From positions 96,001-160,000 of IMG/VR virus record IMGVR_UViG_3300025120_000017: a stretch of 64,000 bases of DNA. One strand, written 5' to 3'. How positions within the stretch are numbered: the first letter of the stretch is position 1; every line of letters starts with the position of its first letter. This document shows, in pieces, positions 38,962-48,399 of the stretch. A model generated the notes under the pieces. That model was not told the DNA's origin. It did not search any database and worked only from the letters and a program-made list of their open reading frames with translations. The position numbers were made by a program, and so were the translations under genes. The DNA is from a virus.

Positions 38962-39638
38962 ATCTTAGGTCTATGTATTCCAATTAAATTACGTCTTGGA
39001 ATTGTTGCTGGGTCTACATTTAGAGGAAACAAGTGCACTACATCAGATTCAATAAACTTAAGTTTATTACTATTGCTGCTTATAGTGCCATTCCATTCAT
39101 TTGTTAAAATACAGTCTTCATATACAATAGGTAAAATTCTAAAAAGTACCTCATTATCCCCCCAACAGTTAAGAAATAACTCACGTTCTGTCCATTCATT
39201 ATAATCAGGATTAGCTTCTTTAAATAATTTCATGACATTATGATATGAAGAGCATTCTTTAATATATGCTTTAACGCCTTTATTTTTTTTAACTGAACCC
39301 ATAAAGCCATTTTGTAACCACCATGTATCAGTCCTACTCACAAAAAAATCACAATTAAGAAGGTCTTCATTCATTCTTTTGTATGGCTTAATATCAACAT
39401 CAATGTATATTCCACCTTCTTGATATAAAATATTAGCCCTAACCCAGTCACACACAAACCTATATTCATTAAGTTCTATCGCAGCTTTAACAAACGCATT
39501 TTCGCCAAAGTCGTTTTCTCGCCATAATTTATATTCAAAATCTGGATACTTTTCTTTCCATTGATTAGCCCATTCTAGACATTGAGCAGGCGGCTCTTTA
39601 TCTCCTAACCAAACTTGATGAATCTTTTTTGGTATCAT
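38958..39638 (-). CDS. GT32 / OCH1-like DxD glycosyltransferase
   Basis: MIPKKIHQVW, DWVRANILYQEGGIYIDVD. Confidence 0.9.
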   Translation of the reverse strand: MIPKKIHQVWLGDKEPPAQCLEWANQWKEKYPDFEYKLWRENDFGENAFVKAAIELNEYRFVCDWVRANILYQEGGIYIDVDIKPYKRMNEDLLNCDFFVSRTDTWWLQNGFMGSVKKNKGVKAYIKECSSYHNVMKLFKEANPDYNEWTERELFLNCWGDNEVLFRILPIVYEDCILTNEWNGTISSNSNKLKFIESDVVHLFPLNVDPATIPRRNLIGIHRPKI

Positions 39639-40549
39639 GCATGTATAGAATTATAGTCGTTTAGATATTTAATTAGAGCCAATTCTTTAGCTTTTGCTTC
39701 TAATACAACATCAAATTCATATATGTCAGTATATGGAATATGGTCATAAAGATAATCTGCATGTGCAACAACTTTTACATTACCATCTTCGTAATTTTTA
39801 CGAGAGCTGCTATAATGGGTCATTGGTTTTATGCCTTTTGGCCATGTATGTATCGCATATCGTAATGCTTGTTCTTTTGATAAATTACCTGGATGGCAAT
39901 CATGGTGATGAAAATCAAATACTATAGGAACTCCTGTCGATTCTGATACATATAATAAGTCTTCAACTGCGTACATGCTTGGCTTATCATCGTTTTCTAT
40001 AGTAAGTCGCTTCTTTGTGGATTCTGAAAGTCGTTTGAAATTAGTAATCCACCTATCCATAGCAGAAGACTTGTCGCCATATGCACCGCCTATATGAATA
40101 TTTATCTTATGTGTATTATTAATAGGTAATCCCATACAATCAAGAATGAATGCATGCTGTCCTAATTCTTTGATAGTATTTTCTACAACATCTTCTCTAG
40201 GAGAACATAAAATATTAAAAGGCCCTGGGTGAAATGATAGTCGCATATTACTTTGCATTGCTAGGGTACCAGCATTAAGTAACATATTACTAATTTCTTG
40301 CCAATCAGGCAAATCAGAAATAGTATATTCAGACATCCACGGAAATAGATCTGATGACATCCTAAATACTTTTATGTTGTTTTTAGTATTCCATTCAATT
40401 ATAGTATGGAGATCTTGTACATTCTTTAGTGCAAGCTCAGATGCATATAATAAACCACGTTCTTGAAATGTTTTTTTAATCATTCCTCGGTTGGTAGTTA
40501 TCTTATTTTGTTTTAGTGTATTATTGATACATGCGTAGCCTAAATCCAT
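39635..40549 (-). CDS. uvsE: UV-damage endonuclease UvsE/UVDE
   Basis: LGYACIN, FRMSSDLFP, RLSFHPGPF, INIHIGG, LTIENDD, FDFHHH, HYSS, HADY, EAKAKE. ATG at 40549; the ORF track starts at TTG 40555. Confidence 0.95.
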   Translation of the reverse strand: MDLGYACINNTLKQNKITTNRGMIKKTFQERGLLYASELALKNVQDLHTIIEWNTKNNIKVFRMSSDLFPWMSEYTISDLPDWQEISNMLLNAGTLAMQSNMRLSFHPGPFNILCSPREDVVENTIKELGQHAFILDCMGLPINNTHKINIHIGGAYGDKSSAMDRWITNFKRLSESTKKRLTIENDDKPSMYAVEDLLYVSESTGVPIVFDFHHHDCHPGNLSKEQALRYAIHTWPKGIKPMTHYSSSRKNYEDGNVKVVAHADYLYDHIPYTDIYEFDVVLEAKAKELALIKYLNDYNSIHA

Positions 40550-40595
40550 ATTCAAATATATATAAAATATACATAAAATAATTAATTCTGTACAT

Positions 40596-40635
40596 AAAAA
40601 TTAATAGAGAAGGGCTTTTAATCCTTCTCTATTAA
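40596..40635 (-). terminator. Rho-independent terminator after nrdA
   Basis: 13-bp stem ttaatagagaagg/ccttctctattaa followed by a T-run on the minus strand. Confidence 0.8.
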
Positions 40636-40639
40636 ATGA

Positions 40640-42346
40640 TCATCCATCACAACTAGAACACTCCATTAAATTACGTTTAAATTCTTGTGCTGCATTAACG
40701 TTATTTTGATAATATAGTGACTTAACACCCATGTCTGCAGCTTCTAAATATAATGCATTTACATCTTTTGTTGGAGTTCGTGGGTCAATTGTTAAATTTA
40801 AACTCTGGCCTTGACAGATATATCTTTGTCTTTGAGCAGCTTGTTGAATTATTGTTAGTTGACTGATTTCTCTAAATGTTTTAAAAACATTCTTTTCATG
40901 TTCAGATAGAAATTTTAAATGCTGTACAGATCCATCCTTTTCAAGTATTGATAGCCATGTTTTTCTATCATTTTTATTATTTAACTTAAGTACTTTTTCT
41001 AAATAAGGATTTTTAAAAGTTGTCTTTATTTTAGCAAGATCTTTTACATAAATATTACTTGTAAAAGGTTCTATACCTAAAGATGCTTGACCCATTATAA
41101 AGGCGCTTGATTTAGTTGGAGCTATTGCAAGTAGTGTAGTATTTCTTCTACCATATCCTTCTAATACATCAGGCTCACCATATATCTCTGCTAATTTTTC
41201 TGAAGCAGTATATGCGGTTTCTTTTAAATTTGAAAATATTTGATTATTTAACTGCATTGCATCAAAGCTTTCAAATGCTAAGTTTTTACTTTGTAATAAT
41301 GAATGCCATCCTATAACACCCATTCCTAGTGCCCTATGCCGCTTTGCAAAATTATAAGTTCTTTGCATAAAATACCACACATGCTGATCCTCTCTGCTGC
41401 TGCTAGATTTATAGGCTTCAAGCTTTTCAATAAACTCTGACATAACAGCATCTAAAAAGAAAGTCATAACCTCCACAGCATCAGTGTCTTTCCACTCATC
41501 ATAATAAACTAGGTTTAATGAACTTAAACAACAAACAAAACTTTCTTCAGAATTACTAGGCAGCATAATTTCACTGCAAAGATTAGAAGCATATATCTTC
41601 ATATCTTTATCCTTATAAACATCTACAGTGTTTTCATTTGCATTATCTTTAAATAAGATATATGGAGCACCAATTTCACCTCTCACAGTTAACAGCTTTG
41701 CCCATACCTTTCTTTTAGCTTTATCACCTGCTTTCATTTCTTCAAGCCATTGTTTCCCTACACAAACTCCATAAAACATTAATTGAATTGGGTTACCTTC
41801 AAGCTGTATCTCTAACCATTCATTAATGTCATCATGTTCAATGTCTATATAACCAGCAAACTGGCCTCTACGTGTAGTTCCTTGGCTAATAACATCTATT
41901 GATGTATCAAATTTCCTAGCAAATGGAAATGATCCATTACTTTCTCCATTACCTGAAATAGATTTTCCTCTACCTCGAATGTGTCCAAAATATCCTGATG
42001 CACCGCCGCCCATTTTTGACATCATATCAACTTCGCTATTTGCATAACTAATACCACCTACACTATCTTCAATATAACTACCAAAACAGCTAATAGGTAA
42101 ACCACGCTTATTTCCAAAGTTTGACCATATCGGAGAGCTTAAAGAAAACCATCCTTTACTCATATAATCTTTAAACTTATCAGCATAATTATAATCTTTT
42201 AATTGTAAGATCTTTTCTGCATGTATTGCTATTTCATTAAGCCTATCTTCAGGTGTTTGATTACTACCTAAATACCCACCATTTAAGAATGTTCTACTAT
42301 GCTCGTTTAACCATTGATATGGTTCTCTATCTTTAGAATAAGTCAT
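40640..42346 (-). CDS. nrdA: Ribonucleoside-diphosphate reductase alpha subunit (class I, compact, no ATP cone)
   Basis: LPISCF, SNLCSEI, AIAPT, QGQSLN, KSLYY and C-terminal CSSC. Confidence 0.95.
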   Translation of the reverse strand: MTYSKDREPYQWLNEHSRTFLNGGYLGSNQTPEDRLNEIAIHAEKILQLKDYNYADKFKDYMSKGWFSLSSPIWSNFGNKRGLPISCFGSYIEDSVGGISYANSEVDMMSKMGGGASGYFGHIRGRGKSISGNGESNGSFPFARKFDTSIDVISQGTTRRGQFAGYIDIEHDDINEWLEIQLEGNPIQLMFYGVCVGKQWLEEMKAGDKAKRKVWAKLLTVRGEIGAPYILFKDNANENTVDVYKDKDMKIYASNLCSEIMLPSNSEESFVCCLSSLNLVYYDEWKDTDAVEVMTFFLDAVMSEFIEKLEAYKSSSSREDQHVWYFMQRTYNFAKRHRALGMGVIGWHSLLQSKNLAFESFDAMQLNNQIFSNLKETAYTASEKLAEIYGEPDVLEGYGRRNTTLLAIAPTKSSAFIMGQASLGIEPFTSNIYVKDLAKIKTTFKNPYLEKVLKLNNKNDRKTWLSILEKDGSVQHLKFLSEHEKNVFKTFREISQLTIIQQAAQRQRYICQGQSLNLTIDPRTPTKDVNALYLEAADMGVKSLYYQNNVNAAQEFKRNLMECSSCDG

Positions 42347-43307
42347 CTTCTGTTATACTTTTTGTTTTTTTACTGTATGCAGTGCTTCTTTTAACAAAGA
42401 AATCATTTTCTTTGGTTCCTATCATTTCTTCATCAAACCAAACAGTTTCATTTAGTAGTTCTTCACTAACTTCAAAAATTGGTTCAATGTCTAATGATGC
42501 TAATGCGTTATTAAACCTGTTTTTAATAAAGTTTTTTACTATGTCTTTTGACATAAACTCTAGTTCGCCTTTTTCAAATATCCAATCTAATATTTTACAT
42601 TCAGCCTTTTCTGCTTTTTTACAAGCTTTAACTATATCATCAGTAAGATCTCCATCAAACCAATCAGGAAATTCATTTTTGATTATCTTAACAATTTCAA
42701 CACCAAATTGACCATGAATCTCCTCTTCTTTACTAGTTGCTTCAACTATATTAGAAAGTCCACTAAACATTTTCTTATGCTTATTAAAACTCATCATAAT
42801 TAAGAACTGTGAAAACAAGGAAACATGCTCTATAAAAACTGCAAATAGCAATACTGATAGCGCATACTTTTTGTTATCTCTACTTCTAGAACCACTTAAA
42901 TACTTAGTTAAATAATCAACACGGTCTTTAATTGCTGGAACTTCCATAATAGATCTAAACTCATCATTTAGACCAAGTCTTTCTAATAAAAAAGCATATG
43001 CATCAGCATGTCTTACTTCACTTTCAGCAAACGTCATTCCAACTGCGCCTATTTCTGGCTTTGGCATTCTCTTGTATATATCAGCCCAAAAAGTTTTTAC
43101 TGAAATTTCAATTTGTGAAATAGCAAGCATTGCTCTCTTTATTGCCTCTCTTTCACTATTACTTATGTTCACTAAAAAATTTTGTACATCTGATTCTACA
43201 TTAAATTCTGTATGTAACCAATATGAATGCCGTATAGCATCTTTAAATCTTAATAATTCAGGATATTCATTTGGTTTATATGCAACTCTCTTATCAAAAA
43301 TTCCCAT
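42333..43307 (-). CDS. nrdB: Ribonucleoside-diphosphate reductase beta subunit
   Basis: YWLHTE, ESEVRHADAY, IEHVSLFSQF, EEEIH, DFFVKRSTAY. Confidence 0.95.
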   Translation of the reverse strand: MGIFDKRVAYKPNEYPELLRFKDAIRHSYWLHTEFNVESDVQNFLVNISNSEREAIKRAMLAISQIEISVKTFWADIYKRMPKPEIGAVGMTFAESEVRHADAYAFLLERLGLNDEFRSIMEVPAIKDRVDYLTKYLSGSRSRDNKKYALSVLLFAVFIEHVSLFSQFLIMMSFNKHKKMFSGLSNIVEATSKEEEIHGQFGVEIVKIIKNEFPDWFDGDLTDDIVKACKKAEKAECKILDWIFEKGELEFMSKDIVKNFIKNRFNNALASLDIEPIFEVSEELLNETVWFDEEMIGTKENDFFVKRSTAYSKKTKSITEDDLF

Positions 43308-43321
43308 TCTGTTTTTTATTT

Positions 43322-43573
43322 TTATTTTAAGCTTTTTAAGATTTCATTAATCACAATAGATTCATCTACATTTTCTCTTTTTGATATTTTAGTAACAAAT
43401 AATTGCTCCGCTTCTCTAATATCACGTAACTCTTTAGCACTTTCATCTAATTCTTTACTAAGCTTTAGTATTTCATCTTGCTTTATTTTCAAAATACGTC
43501 TAGCTTCACTATATGAATTTATAAGACTATGTAATTCATGCTGATCTTTTTCAGTTATTTTCATAATATTCAA
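43322..43573 (-). CDS. Small coiled-coil hypothetical protein
   Basis: 83-aa ORF. Confidence 0.65.
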   Translation of the reverse strand: MNIMKITEKDQHELHSLINSYSEARRILKIKQDEILKLSKELDESAKELRDIREAEQLFVTKISKRENVDESIVINEILKSLK

Positions 43574-44402
43574 ATATTGCGTTTACTTCTTTATCTACAT
43601 TTGCACATTCGATATACACATCTTCGCTTCTACCATATTCAAGATTCTTTGTGCTTATTATCCAACATTCACCTGGTTTAAGACCACTTAACCTACAGGC
43701 TAATTTTTGGTATATCCTTAATTGTATGCTATAATGCATAAAACTGCAATCAGGAAGATGCCCTAAAAAATGTTTAAGTCTTTGGTCATTGAATGCAGTC
43801 CTATCAATTTTTTTATTTGTTTTAAAATCGTGTATATGAATATACCCTTTATCAAAAAGTGGCAAATCTGCAAGTCCTCCTAATTTCATGCCATGATCCC
43901 ATAACAATATCTCGGGTATAGCACATATGTCATTTTTATCTACTTGCAGTATGTTCTTATTTGAGCTTGGATAGTATTTATTATCCCAAGTGAATCCGTT
44001 TTTGATGATTTCTGCTTCTCTTTTGCCATGTTCTATAGATCCTGCAAGCGCAGCATCATTTCCACTCTTAGCCCAATCATTTAAAAATTGTTTCTGTCTT
44101 TGCTCTAGAGAATTCTTAAGCTTATCACTATGATTTAATAGAGAATCCCAATAATTTTTTACTTTATCCCAGCCGCCTGCCTTACGCTTAAGCTTATTAA
44201 AAGAATCGGGAGATAAGACTTCCTTAATTGATTTATATCTACTCATGCCTTTACTATCAAATGAATTCTTAAATTCACCTATAATTCCAGTAGATGATTT
44301 ATATATTTCACCATTTGCATTTGAGTATATATGATTTTCCTCATCAAACTTAACACCTCCTATGTCAGTAAGATCATAGCTCCTGTTTTGTAATTCAGAC
44401 AT
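43551..44402 (-). CDS. PD-(D/E)XK exonuclease (Cas4/RecB-like)
   Basis: FDEENHIY, GSIEH, GLADL..IHDFKTNK, YSIQLRIY. Confidence 0.85.
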   Translation of the reverse strand: MSELQNRSYDLTDIGGVKFDEENHIYSNANGEIYKSSTGIIGEFKNSFDSKGMSRYKSIKEVLSPDSFNKLKRKAGGWDKVKNYWDSLLNHSDKLKNSLEQRQKQFLNDWAKSGNDAALAGSIEHGKREAEIIKNGFTWDNKYYPSSNKNILQVDKNDICAIPEILLWDHGMKLGGLADLPLFDKGYIHIHDFKTNKKIDRTAFNDQRLKHFLGHLPDCSFMHYSIQLRIYQKLACRLSGLKPGECWIISTKNLEYGRSEDVYIECANVDKEVNAIFEYYENN

Positions 44403-44673
44403 TCAGTTCTTTCTTTATGTCATTAATATCTTTATCTATATCAATAACAACAGATTGACCTAAAGACTGTTTATGGTTTACAAAACCTGTATATAAATCC
44501 TTAATAAATGTATCTAAATTTTCTGGTGATACTTGATGAACTACGCCTTCACCGTGAGCAGATAAGAAGGTATAAACATAATGAGACCCACTCCTTTCAA
44601 TATAATGTACTTCAGATTCATCGCTTTCTTTTAAAATTTGAATCTTCTTTACATCATTTCTTACTTCTATCAT
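44395..44673 (-). CDS. Hypothetical protein
   Basis: 92-aa ORF in operon. Confidence 0.6.
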   Translation of the reverse strand: MIEVRNDVKKIQILKESDESEVHYIERSGSHYVYTFLSAHGEGVVHQVSPENLDTFIKDLYTGFVNHKQSLGQSVVIDIDKDINDIKKELNV

Positions 44674-44725
44674 ATTTTTATTTATTGAATTATGACAATG
44701 CTTATTTAGTTTAAAAAATAATAGA

Positions 44726-44953
44726 TTATTTAGTTAATCTATCAGAATATACTTTAATAGCTTTATGAAAAAACTTCATAGAATAATTAAATGACATGCT
44801 TTCATATGCTTTTTTATTATTGATATTTTTAGCATCATCTGTTATAATAACACTATACAAATTATTTTTTCTGTATATCTTAACACTAAATATATCCGTA
44901 CCATTGCTTTCAAATGACATCAATTCTTTTATTTCTGTTTTAGAGTTTTTCAT
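44726..44953 (-). CDS. Hypothetical protein
   Basis: 75-aa ORF, ATGA overlap. Confidence 0.6.
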   Translation of the reverse strand: MKNSKTEIKELMSFESNGTDIFSVKIYRKNNLYSVIITDDAKNINNKKAYESMSFNYSMKFFHKAIKVYSDRLTK

Positions 44954-45276
44954 TTTTTTAAAAAAGTTTCAGGATCATTGATTACTTTTCTTAAATCAGT
45001 AGTATATTTTTTAAAAGATTCTTGCAAGTCATCAACCATTACAATATTATTATCTGTTAATAGTTTTTCCATTAATATTACAGATGCTTCTAATTGAGAT
45101 GTCATTATAATACTTAAGACATCTGGAACATTAACAACCTCAGCTTCATCAGATTTACCCATTTCATCTACTGTATGTATCGTATATTTACTGCGCTCTA
45201 GTAAATCATATGGAGTTGTTGATTTAACTATAGGTGATATATATGTTGTTATGTTTTTATCTGTCTTGTCTGACAT
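44950..45276 (-). CDS. Hypothetical protein
   Basis: 108-aa ORF, first gene of the leftward operon. Confidence 0.65.
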   Translation of the reverse strand: MSDKTDKNITTYISPIVKSTTPYDLLERSKYTIHTVDEMGKSDEAEVVNVPDVLSIIMTSQLEASVILMEKLLTDNNIVMVDDLQESFKKYTTDLRKVINDPETFLKK

Positions 45277-45458
45277 ATTGTTTAATTTGTTTTATTGTTT
45301 AATCGCTATATTATTTAATTTGTTTAAATATTAAAATAAACTTCCATATGTTAAACAAATCTCTGGATTGTGTATTTAATATATTGTAAAAACTTTAAGG
45401 AAGTTGAGACTCTGATTCTTTTAGAGAACACTAGAGTAATTAAAAATAATATACTAGT

Positions 45459-47360
45459 TTGGCTAAAAAAGGAGAAAGTAGATTCTTTGATGATAAGCTA
45501 ATTACATTTGCTAACCAGTTCTCAGATATAAATGAACCAGATTTTGATTCTACTATATGGACAACTGAATTAGTTGAAGATCTTCGTGATAAAGTACAAA
45601 ACGCAGGACTAAGTCTTAGCGATGTGCGTCACCCATTCTTTATGAATGATATTTCAATTAGGCGAGGGAACACATCGTTTCAATACACTGAAGAAGAGAT
45701 TAATGAATTTAAAAAATGTAAAAAAGATATAATATATTTTGCAAACACTTATGTAAAAGTTATGCAAGAACATGGTATTGATCATATTACTTTATATCCA
45801 TACCAAGAAACGATGTTATTAAACTATAAAAAAGATAGATATAATATAGTTGTAGGATCAAGACAGATTGGTAAAACTGTTGTTGCTGGTGTATTTCTTG
45901 TATGGTATATGATGTTTCATTTTGATAAGAACATAATGCTTGCAGGTAATAAAGGAGTAACGGCTAAAGAAATTCTTGATAAAGCAAAAATGGTAATACA
46001 GAACTTGCCATTCTTTTTAAAACCTGCAATGACTGTATGGAATCAATTCAGTATTAGTTCAGATGCAAATAGTAGAATATTAGCCACAACTACCACTGAT
46101 AAAGCAGCTATTGGTTTTACAATTCACTTATTATTCTTAGATGAATTTGCCCATGTTAGAAACAATATTCAGCATGACTTTTATAATAATATATATCCTG
46201 TAGTTTCCGCAGGTGAAAATACTAAAATAATTGTAACAAGTACTCCTAATGGATATGATTTATTTCAAGATATTTTTGATAAATCAATGAAAGGAAAGAA
46301 TGAATATAAATCTCTTGAAGTTCCTTGGTGGAAAGTGCCAGGAAGAGATGATGATTGGGCTAAGAAGCAAATTTCTAACATGGGAGATGAAGCTTTTAAT
46401 GAACAATTTAATTGTAGTTTCTTGAGAAGTGATACGTTATTACTTAGCGGTGAACAGTTGAGAATTGTTGAAAGCAGTAAAAAGAAATACACTCAAAGAA
46501 TAATACCATTACTTGATGATTATATGCTAGACCATGATGGCTTGGTATGGGATAATGAGTTTGACCTAGAAACTATTCAAAATGATTCTGCATATTTCTT
46601 TTTAAGTATAGATTTAGCAGAAGGAGTAGGAAGAGATCATACAGTAATGCAAATCTTTCAAATAGTTGCTAAAAACGAAGATGGTATTAAAGAATTAAGT
46701 AATGAAAGATTTGAGCTCTATAAATTCTTTAAGTTTAAACAAGTTGGTATGTTCAGAAGAAACGATATGCCTATTGATGAGTTTTGTAAAATATGTTACT
46801 TATTATTTTATTCTGATAAATTTTTTAATATTGATAGGCTAAAAGTAGTTCTTGAGTGGAATACATATGGCAGCTTTTATATTGAAAAGATTAAAAATTT
46901 ATTTGGAGGTGGTGATTATGATGAATCAATATTTGTTAGAAGCTATCATAGAAAAGGTGCAAGATCAAGAAGAATAGGTATAAGACAAGATAAAGAAAGT
47001 AAACCAAGAAATTGTGTAGAGCTTAAATCACGAATATCAAAAAGAGATATTGAAATATCGGAGGAATGGACTGCTAAGGAATTAGGGTTCTTTAGTCGTA
47101 ATAAAAAAGGCAGCTATGAAGCAGTTACAGGACATGATGACACTGTTATGGCTTGTGTAAACCTTATGGAAAGTTATAGAGGAATTGAATATCAAGATAC
47201 TATAGCAGAAGCATTTGATAAGCTGCCTGCAGAAACTCAAAATATGATTCTTGAGACTATGGGAAGAGGGTCAATTTCTGATGAAAGTACTGATTTTCTA
47301 GCAGATGGCTTTAATGAAATTTTTAATAGAGAAACTGATGATCCATTATCATTTATGTAA
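45459..47360 (+). CDS. terL: Terminase large subunit (T4 gp17-like)
   Basis: LYPYQ, Walker A SRQIGKT, Walker B LFLDEFAH, TSTPNG, nuclease motifs IDLAEGVGRD and GHDDTVMA. Confidence 0.95.
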   Translation: MAKKGESRFFDDKLITFANQFSDINEPDFDSTIWTTELVEDLRDKVQNAGLSLSDVRHPFFMNDISIRRGNTSFQYTEEEINEFKKCKKDIIYFANTYVKVMQEHGIDHITLYPYQETMLLNYKKDRYNIVVGSRQIGKTVVAGVFLVWYMMFHFDKNIMLAGNKGVTAKEILDKAKMVIQNLPFFLKPAMTVWNQFSISSDANSRILATTTTDKAAIGFTIHLLFLDEFAHVRNNIQHDFYNNIYPVVSAGENTKIIVTSTPNGYDLFQDIFDKSMKGKNEYKSLEVPWWKVPGRDDDWAKKQISNMGDEAFNEQFNCSFLRSDTLLLSGEQLRIVESSKKKYTQRIIPLLDDYMLDHDGLVWDNEFDLETIQNDSAYFFLSIDLAEGVGRDHTVMQIFQIVAKNEDGIKELSNERFELYKFFKFKQVGMFRRNDMPIDEFCKICYLLFYSDKFFNIDRLKVVLEWNTYGSFYIEKIKNLFGGGDYDESIFVRSYHRKGARSRRIGIRQDKESKPRNCVELKSRISKRDIEISEEWTAKELGFFSRNKKGSYEAVTGHDDTVMACVNLMESYRGIEYQDTIAEAFDKLPAETQNMILETMGRGSISDESTDFLADGFNEIFNRETDDPLSFM

Positions 47361-47371
47361 TTCTTAAAGTG

Positions 47372-47833
47372 TTATTTAAAATATCCTACAGTAGAAAAGA
47401 TTTCTTCTAAATCACAGTATCTTAAATCAATAACTTTATTTGATTTATTTAGTTCTATTTGATAAAGATCTATTAATTTTTTAAGACAAGCTAATTGCGC
47501 TTCTTCGTAAGTATCACACCAAATAGTAAAATCTGAATTTTGAATGTAACCATAATGTTTACTATGTTTAAATTCAATAGCATGGTACAACTTATGTTTT
47601 TCTCTAAACCACTTAAATGCTTGTTGGTAAAGTGCAGCTGAGCAATATTCATCTGATGTGTAATTCTTAAGCTGTTGATTAGTGCAAGTACTAAACTGAT
47701 TATCATTATGTGTATTGCATGCACTTAAGATGCTATAATTACTTCTATTACTATAAAATGATAAACAAGGTTCATTAAATCCTAATTCTTTAAGTGATAT
47801 TGATTCTGAGTGCGGTACAAATTGAGTTTCCAT
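47372..47833 (-). CDS. Conserved phage hypothetical protein
   Basis: FVP..LKELGFNEPC..LYQQAFKWFREK..TYEEAQLACLKKLI, a family I associate with Bacteroidota phages. Confidence 0.7.
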   Translation of the reverse strand: METQFVPHSESISLKELGFNEPCLSFYSNRSNYSILSACNTHNDNQFSTCTNQQLKNYTSDEYCSAALYQQAFKWFREKHKLYHAIEFKHSKHYGYIQNSDFTIWCDTYEEAQLACLKKLIDLYQIELNKSNKVIDLRYCDLEEIFSTVGYFK

Positions 47834-47840
47834 ACTTTAT

Positions 47841-48326
47841 TTATTTTGAGTTCAGAAACTTAATTATTTTCATTATAAAATTTATTGTAGACTCAGTAGG
47901 TATCTTACCTATTTTAGATTCTCTAGGACCTGCGACATTTAATATTTTAATTTTATGGTTCTTTATCCATTCAACTGTTTCATATAATGCAAGAGGATCT
48001 TCTATATTATCTATCACAAAGTAATGTGCTCTGTTTTTAATACATAGTGATTTTGTTAATGCAGTTCCAGGTGATTTTAAACCCCATGAAATTATTAATG
48101 TACCATCAGCCGCATCAATATTACTTTCTGTTCTTATTTGATATGTGCTGGTATCATATCGGTCTGCTATTAAATTGTATTTTTTTAATAAACCTTCTCT
48201 TGGACCATCTTCAGTCATCCAATTATAAGGTGCCCAACCTCCTGTAGGTACTTTCATTAGCGTAGATGCTTTTAACGCTGCTTGGTCAACTCCTGATTGC
48301 CCTCCTGATATAATTCTTTTAATCAT
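47841..48326 (-). CDS. SLOG-family protein ('putative molybdenum carrier', YpsA/DprA-like)
   Basis: IISGGQSGVDQAAL, GGWAP, RTESNI..ADGTL, LNVAGPRES; likely start is the ATG at 48326 (ORF track gives 48386). Confidence 0.85.
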   Translation of the reverse strand: MIKRIISGGQSGVDQAALKASTLMKVPTGGWAPYNWMTEDGPREGLLKKYNLIADRYDTSTYQIRTESNIDAADGTLIISWGLKSPGTALTKSLCIKNRAHYFVIDNIEDPLALYETVEWIKNHKIKILNVAGPRESKIGKIPTESTINFIMKIIKFLNSK

Positions 48327-48399
48327 CTCTTTGTTTTTAAACACTAGTATAGTAACAAATATAACTAGAAAAAATACATAATGCAAATTATTTTTTTAT

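Noticed and set aside
40553-40560. TATATTTG before uvsE as a Bacteroidota -7 promoter (TAnnTTTG)
   Set aside because: No matching -33 TTTG and only 3 nt from the ATG; could be chance in AT-rich DNA.
43551-44402. Cas4-like nuclease as part of a CRISPR system
   Set aside because: No repeat-spacer array or other cas genes seen; stand-alone nucleases of this type are common in phages.
40640-47360. Introns or inteins in nrdA, nrdB or terL
   Set aside because: All three are continuous, of normal or compact length, with no splicing motifs.
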